Positions 56,671 through 64,000 of a stretch of DNA of 64,000 bases are shown piece after piece. The first letter of the stretch is position 1. Each line of letters starts with the position of its first letter. Origin of the DNA: Auanema rhodensis (Eukaryota > Animalia > Nematoda); the NCBI GenBank assembly GCA_964057225.1, contig CAXKVF010000098.1, positions 1 through 64,000 on the forward strand, read 5' to 3'. The notes below the pieces were generated by a model. That model was given only the letters and a program-made list of their open reading frames with translations, was not told the origin of the DNA and made no database searches. Position numbers and translations under genes: made by a program.

Positions 56671-59600
56671 AAAGTTCACGTAAATTTCAAAGTCATGGTT
56701 ACCATGCACCAATATCAATAAAAATTTGTTTTTAGACTAATATGGACATGGGGAATCTAATTTTGAAAACCGCATCTCTTTATCTTTCACGTGAAGCGAG
56801 TTACATACCAAGTGTACATCAAGTGTACATTTAATTAGCATAAATTAAAGTTCACGTAAATTTCAAAGTCATGGTTACCATGAACCAATATCAATAAAAA
56901 TTTGTTTTTAGACTAATATGGACATGGGGATTCTAATTTTGAAAATCGCATCTCTTTATCTTTCACGTGAAGCGAGTTACATACCAAGTGTACATCAAGT
57001 GTACATTTAATTAGCATAAATTAAAGTTCACGTAAATTTCAAAGTCATGGTTACCATGCACCAATATCAATAAAAATTTGTTTTTAGACTAATATGGACA
57101 TGGGGAATCTAATTTTGAAAACCGCATCTCTTTATCTTTCACGTGAAGCGAGTTACATACCAAGTGCACATCACGTGTACATTTAATTAGCATAAATTAA
57201 AGTTCACGTAAATTTCAAAGTCATGGTTACCATGAACCAATATCAATAAAAATTTGTTTTTAGACTAATATGGACATGGGGAATCTAATTTTGAAAACCG
57301 CATCTCTTTATCTTTCACGTGAAGCGAGTTACATACCAAGTGCACATCACGTGTACATTTAATTAGCATAAATTAAAGTTCACGTAAATTTCAAAGTCAT
57401 GGTTACCATGCACCAATATCAATAAAAATTTGTTTTTAGACTAATATGGACATGGGGAATCTAATTTTGAAAACCGCATCTCTTTATCTTTCACGTGAAG
57501 CGAGTTACATACCAAGTGCACATCACGTGTACATTTAATTAGCATAAATTAAAGTTCACGTAAATTTCAAAGTCATGGTTACCATGAACCAATATCAATA
57601 AAAATTTGTTTTTAGACTAATATGGACATGGGGATTCTAATTTTGAAAATCGCATCTCTTTATCTTTCACGTGAAGCGAGTTACATACCAAGTGTACATC
57701 TAGTGTACATTTAATTAGCATAAATTAAAGTTCACGTAAATTTCAAAGTCATGGTTACCATGCACCAATATCAATAAAAATTTGTTTTTAGACTAATATG
57801 GACATGGGGAATCTAATTTTGAAAACCGCATCTCTTTATCTTTCACGTGAAGCGAGTTACATACCAAGTGCACATCACGTGTACATTTAATTAGCATGAA
57901 TTAAAGTTCACGTAAATTTCAAAGTCATGGTTACCATGAACCAATATCAATAAAAATTTGTTTTTAGACTAATATGGACATGGGGAATCTAATTTTGAAA
58001 ACCGCATCTCTTTATCTTTCACGTGAAGCGAGTTACATACCAAGTGCACATCACGTGTACATTTAATTAGCATAAATTAAAGTTCACGTAAATTTCAAAG
58101 TCATGGTTACCATGAACCAATATCAATAAAAATTTGTTTTTAGACTAATATGGACATGGGGAATCTAATTTTGAAAACCGCATCTCTTTATCTTTCACGT
58201 GAAGCGAGTTACATACCAAGTGCACATCACGTGTACATTTAATTAGCATAAATTAAAGTTCACGTAAATTTCAAAGTCATGGTTACCATGCACCAATATC
58301 AATAAAAATTTGTTTTTAGACTAATATGGACATGGGGAATCTAATTTTGAAAACCGCATCTCTTCATCTTTCACGTGAAGCGAGTTACATACCAAGTGCA
58401 CATCACGTGTACATTTAATTAGCATAAATTAAAGTTCACGTAAATTTCAAAGTCATGGTTACCATGCACCAATATCAATAAAAATTTGTTTTTAGACTAA
58501 TATGGACATGGGGAATCTAATTTTGAAAACCGCATCTCTTTATCTTTCACGTGAAGCGAGTTACATACCAAGTGCACATCACGTGTACATTTAATTAGCA
58601 TAAATTAAAGTTCACGTAAATTTCAAAGTCATGGTTACCATGAACCAATATCAATAAAAATTTGTTTTTAGACTAATATGGACATGGGGAATCTAATTTT
58701 GAAAACCGCATCTCTTTATCTTTCACGTTAAGCGAGTTACATACCAAGTGCACATCACGTGTACATTTAATTAGCATAAATTAAAGTTCACGTAAATTTC
58801 AAAGTCATGGTTACCATGAACCAATATCAATAAAAATTTGTTTTTAGACTAATATGGACATGGGGAATCTAATTTTGAAAACCGCATCTCTTTATCTTTC
58901 ACGTGAAGCGAGTTACATACCAAGTGCACATCACGTGTACATTTAATTAGCATAAATTAAAGTTCACGTAAATTTCAAAGTCATGGTTACCATGAACCAA
59001 TATCAATAAAAATTTGTTTTTAGACTAATATGGACATGGGGATTCTAATTTTGAAAATCGCATCTCTTTATCTTTCACGTGAAGCGAGTTACATACCAAG
59101 TGTACATCAAGTGTACATTTAATTAGCATAAATTAAAGTTCACGTAAATTTCAAAGTCATGGTTACCATGCACCAATATCAATAAAAATTTGTTTTTAGA
59201 CTAATATGGACATGGGGAATCTAATTTTGAAAACCGCATCTCTTTATCTTTCACGTGAAGCGAGTTACATACCAAGTGCACATCACGTGTACATTTAATT
59301 AGCATAAATTAAAGTTCACGTAAATTTCAAAGTCATGGTTACCATGAACCAATATCAATAAAAATTTGTTTTTAGACTAATATGGACATGGGGAATCTAA
59401 TTTTGAAAACCGCATCTCTTTATCTTTCACGTGAAGCGAGTTACATACCAAGTGCACATCACGTGTACATTTAATTAGCATAAATTAAAGTTCACGTAAA
59501 TTTCAAAGTCATGGTTACCATGAACCAATATCAATAAAAATTTGTTTTTAGACTAATATGGACATGGGGAATCTAATTTTGAAAACCGCATCTCTTTATC

Positions 59601-62600
59601 TTTCACGTGAAGCGAGTTACATACCAAGTGCACATCACGTGTACATTTAATTAGCATAAATTAAAGTTCACGTAAATTTCAAAGTCATGGTTACCATGAA
59701 CCAATATCAATAAAAATTTGTTTTTAGACTAATATGGACATGGGGATTCTAATTTTGAAAATCGCATCTCTTTATCTTTCACGTGAAGCGAGTTACATAC
59801 CAAGTGTACATCTAGTGTACATTTAATTAGCATAAATTAAAGTTCACGTAAATTTCAAAGTCATGGTTACCATGCACCAATATCAATAAAAATTTGTTTT
59901 TAGACTAATATGGACATGGGGAATCTAATTTTGAAAACCGCATCTCTTTATCTTTCACGTGAAGCGAGTTACATACCAAGTGCACATCACGTGTACATTT
60001 AATTAGCATGAATTAAAGTTCACGTAAATTTCAAAGTCATGGTTACCATGAACCAATATCAATAAAAATTTGTTTTTAGACTAATATGGACATGGGGAAT
60101 CTAATTTTGAAAACCGCATCTCTTTATCTTTCACGTGAAGCGAGTTACATACCAAGTGCACATCACGTGTACATTTAATTAGCATAAATTAAAGTTCACG
60201 TAAATTTCAAAGTCATGGTTACCATGAACCAATATCAATAAAAATTTGTTTTTAGACTAATATGGACATGGGGAATCTAATTTTGAAAACCGCATCTCTT
60301 TATCTTTCACGTGAAGCGAGTTACATACCAAGTGCACATCACGTGTACATTTAATTAGCATAAATTAAAGTTCACGTAAATTTCAAAGTCATGGTTACCA
60401 TGCACCAATATCAATAAAAATTTGTTTTTAGACTAATATGGACATGGGGAATCTAATTTTGAAAACCGCATCTCTTCATCTTTCACGTGAAGCGAGTTAC
60501 ATACCAAGTGCACATCACGTGTACATTTAATTAGCATAAATTAAAGTTCACGTAAATTTCAAAGTCATGGTTACCATGCACCAATATCAATAAAAATTTG
60601 TTTTTAGACTAATATGGACATGGGGAATCTAATTTTGAAAACCGCATCTCTTTATCTTTCACGTGAAGCGAGTTACATACCAAGTGCACATCACGTGTAC
60701 ATTTAATTAGCATAAATTAAAGTTCACGTAAATTTCAAAGTCATGGTTACCATGAACCAATATCAATAAAAATTTGTTTTTAGACTAATATGGACATGGG
60801 GAATCTAATTTTGAAAACCGCATCTCTTTATCTTTCACGTTAAGCGAGTTACATACCAAGTGCACATCACGTGTACATTTAATTAGCATAAATTAAAGTT
60901 CACGTAAATTTCAAAGTCATGGTTACCATGAACCAATATCAATAAAAATTTGTTTTTAGACTAATATGGACATGGGGAATCTAATTTTGAAAACCGCATC
61001 TCTTTATCTTTCACGTGAAGCGAGTTACATACCAAGTGCACATCACGTGTACATTTAATTAGCATAAATTAAAGTTCACGTAAATTTCAAAGTCATGGTT
61101 ACCATGCACCAATATCAATAAAAATTTGTTTTTAGACTAATATGGACATGGGGAATCTAATTTTGAAAACCGCATCTCTTCATCTTTCACGTGAAGCGAG
61201 TTACATACCAAGTGCACATCACGTGTACATTTAATTAGCATAAATTAAAGTTCACGTAAATTTCAAAGTCATGGTTACCATGAACCAATATCAATAAAAA
61301 TTTGTTTTTAGACTAATATGGACATGGGGATTCTAATTTTGAAAATCGCATCTCTTTATCTTTCACGTGAAGCGAGTTACATACCAAGTGTACATCAAGT
61401 GTACATTTAATTAGCATAAATTAAAGTTCACGTAAATTTCAAAGTCATGGTTACCATGCACCAATATCAATAAAAATTTGTTTTTAGACTAATATGGACA
61501 TGGGGAATCTAATTTTGAAAACCGCATCTCTTTATCTTTCACGTGAAGCGAGTTACATACCAAGTGCACATCACGTGTACATTTAATTAGCATAAATTAA
61601 AGTTCACGTAAATTTCAAAGTCATGGTTACCATGAACCAATATCAATAAAAATTTGTTTTTAGACTAATATGGACATGGGGAATCTAATTTTGAAAACCG
61701 CATCTCTTTATCTTTCACGTGAAGCGAGTTACATACCAAGTGCACATCACGTGTACATTTAATTAGCATAAATTAAAGTTCACGTAAATTTCAAAGTCAT
61801 GGTTACCATGAACCAATATCAATAAAAATTTGTTTTTAGACTAATATGGACATGGGGAATCTAATTTTGAAAACCGCATCTCTTTATCTTTCACGTGAAG
61901 CGAGTTACATACCAAGTGCACATCACGTGTACATTTAATTAGCATAAATTAAAGTTCACGTAAATTTCAAAGTCATGGTTACCATGCACCAATATCAATA
62001 AAAATTTGTTTTTAGACTAATATGGACATGGGGAATCTAATTTTGAAAACCGCATCTCTTTATCTTTCACGTGAAGCGAGTTACATACCAAGTGCACATC
62101 ACGTGTACATTTAATTAGCATAAATTAAAGTTCACGTAAATTTCAAAGTCATGGTTACCATGAACCAATATCAATAAAAATTTGTTTTTAGACTAATATG
62201 GACATGGGGAATCTAATTTTGAAAACCGCATCTCTTTATCTTTCCCGTGAAGCGAGTTACATACCAAGTGCACATCACGTGTACATTTAATTAGCATAAA
62301 TTAAAGTTCACGTAAATTTCAAAGTCATGGTTACCATGAACCAATATCAATAAAAATTTGTTTTTAGACTAATATGGACATGGGGAATCTAATTTTGAAA
62401 ACCGCATCTCTTTATCTTTCACGTGAAGCGAGTTACATACCAAGTGCACATCACGTGTACATTTAATTAGCATAAATTAAAGTTCACGTAAATTTCAAAG
62501 TCATGGTTACCATGCACCAATATCAATAAAAATTTGTTTTTAGACTAATATGGACATGGGGAATCTAATTTTGAAAACCGCATCTCTTCATCTTTCACGT

Positions 62601-64000
62601 GAAGCGAGTTACATACCAAGTGCACATCACGTGTACATTTAATTAGCATAAATTAAAGTTCACGTAAATTTCAAAGTCATGGTTACCATGCACCAATATC
62701 AATAAAAATTTGTTTTTAGACTAATATGGACATGGGGAATCTAATTTAGAATACCGCATCTCTTTATCTTTCACGTGAAGCGAGTTACATACCAAGTGCA
62801 CATCACGTGTACATTTAATTAGCATAAATTAAAGTTCACGTAAATTTCAAAGTCATGGTTACCATGAACCAATATCAATAAAAATTTGTTTTTAGACTAA
62901 TATGGACATGGGGAATCTAATTTTGAAAACCGCATCTCTTTATCTTTCACGTGAAGCGAGTTACATACCAAGTGCACATCACGTGTACATTTAATTAGCA
63001 TAAATTAAAGTTCACGTAAATTTCAAAGTCATGGTTACCATGAAGCAATATCAATAAAAATTTGTTTTTAGACTAATATGGACATGGGGAATCTAATTTT
63101 GAAAACCGCATCTCTTTATCTTTCACGTGAAGCGAGTTACATACCAAGTGCACATCACGTGTACATTTAATTAGCATAAATTAAAGTTCACGTAAATTTC
63201 AAAGTCATGGTTACCATGAACCAATATCAATAAAAATTTGTTTTTAGACTAATATGGACATGAGGAATCTAATTTTGAAAACCGCATCTCTTTATCTTTC
63301 ACGTGAAGCGAGTTACATACCAAGTGCACATCACGTGTACATTTAATTAGCATAAATTAAAGTTCACGTAAATTTCAAAGTCATGGTTACCATGCACCAA
63401 TATCAATAAAAATTTGTTTTTAGACTAATATGGACATGGGGATTCTAATTTTGAAAATCGCATCTCTTTATCTTTCACGTGAAGCGAGTTACATACCAAG
63501 TGTACATCAAGTGTACATTTAATTAGCATAAATTAAAGTTCACGTAAATTTCAAAGTCATGGTTACCATGCACCAATATCAATAAAAATTTGTTTTTAGA
63601 CTAATATGGACATGGGGAATCTAATTTTGAAAACCGCATCTCTTTATCTTTCACGTGAAGCGAGTTACATACCAAGTGCACATCACGTGTACATTTAATT
63701 AGCATAAATTAAAGTTCACGTAAATTTCAAAGTCATGGTTACCATGAACCAATATCAATAAAAATTTGTTTTTAGACTAATATGGACATGGGGAATCTAA
63801 TTTTGAAAACCGCATCTCTTTATCTTTCACGTGAAGCGAGTTACATACCAAGTGCACATCACGTGTACATTTAATTAGCATAAATTAAAGTTCACGTAAA
63901 TTTCAAAGTCATGGTTACCATGAACCAATATCAATAAAAATTTGTTTTTAGACTAATATGGACATGGGGAATCTAATTTTGAAAACCGCATCTCTTTATC
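56671..64000. repeat. Array domain IV: GGATTC+AAATCG+GTGTACATC(A/T)AGTG monomers, with a 12-monomer (2112-bp) duplication
   Basis: Markers at 57701/59813, 57898/60010 and 58729/60841, all 2112 apart. ATGAAGC is nearly absent. Confidence 0.85.

Larger units (their letters stand above)
1..64000. repeat. Tandem satellite DNA array, 176-bp monomer, 363 full copies + 114 bp, single orientation; probable centromeric/pericentromeric satellite
   Basis: AAGTTCACGTAAATTTCAAAGTCATGG recurs every 176 bp (monomer starts 1, 177, 353 ... 881, 2641). The phase shifts by -1 after ~15189 and by -2 after ~34929; the last monomer starts at 63887. The consensus has 56/176 G+C. The centromeric role is inferred from the near-nucleosomal unit length and the homogeneity, not shown directly. 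Confidence 0.99.

Noticed and set aside
1-64000. CRISPR array or other repeat-spacer system
   Set aside because: There are no unique spacers; the entire 176-bp unit repeats. No cas genes or leader are present.
1-64000. Transposon insertion, strand switch or telomeric repeat
   Set aside because: The monomer phase is continuous throughout apart from two 1-bp deletions. I saw no foreign or inverted sequence.
1-64000. Assembly artefact from one over-expanded unit
   Set aside because: Position-specific, nested and linked variants point to genuine array evolution, although the copy number of near-identical blocks still needs read support.

Overview
The whole 64 kb window is one uninterrupted, head-to-tail tandem array of a 176-bp AT-rich (~32% GC) satellite monomer: 363 complete copies plus a 114-bp partial copy, all in one orientation. 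Most monomers differ from the consensus at only 0-4 positions, and I found only two 1-bp indels. I saw no genes, transposon insertions, inversions or unique spacers. Size, homogeneity and organisation fit a eukaryotic centromeric or pericentromeric satellite, but I cannot assign it to a named family or species. Consensus (phase starting at position 1): AAAGTTCACGTAAATTTCAAAGTCATGGTTACCATG[A/C]A[C/G]CAATATCAATAAAAATTTGTTTTTAGACTAATATGGACATGGGGAATCTAATTTTGAAAACCGCATCTCTTTATCTTTCACGTGAAGCGAGTTACATACCAAGTGCACATCACGTGTACATTTAATTAGCATAAATT. Structure worth attention lies at two scales. (1) Within the monomer: dense dyad symmetry, three evenly spaced CACGT cores (one matching the budding-yeast CDEI consensus), and an 11-bp sub-repeat. 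(2) Across the array: SNP-defined domains (~1-15, 15-21, 21-56.6 and 56.6-64 kb) and local higher-order duplications of varying period (3, 4, 8, 10, 11, 12, 14, 16 and ~30-33 monomers). Variant positions were read by eye and should be confirmed computationally. I found no evidence of a new gene-based system.
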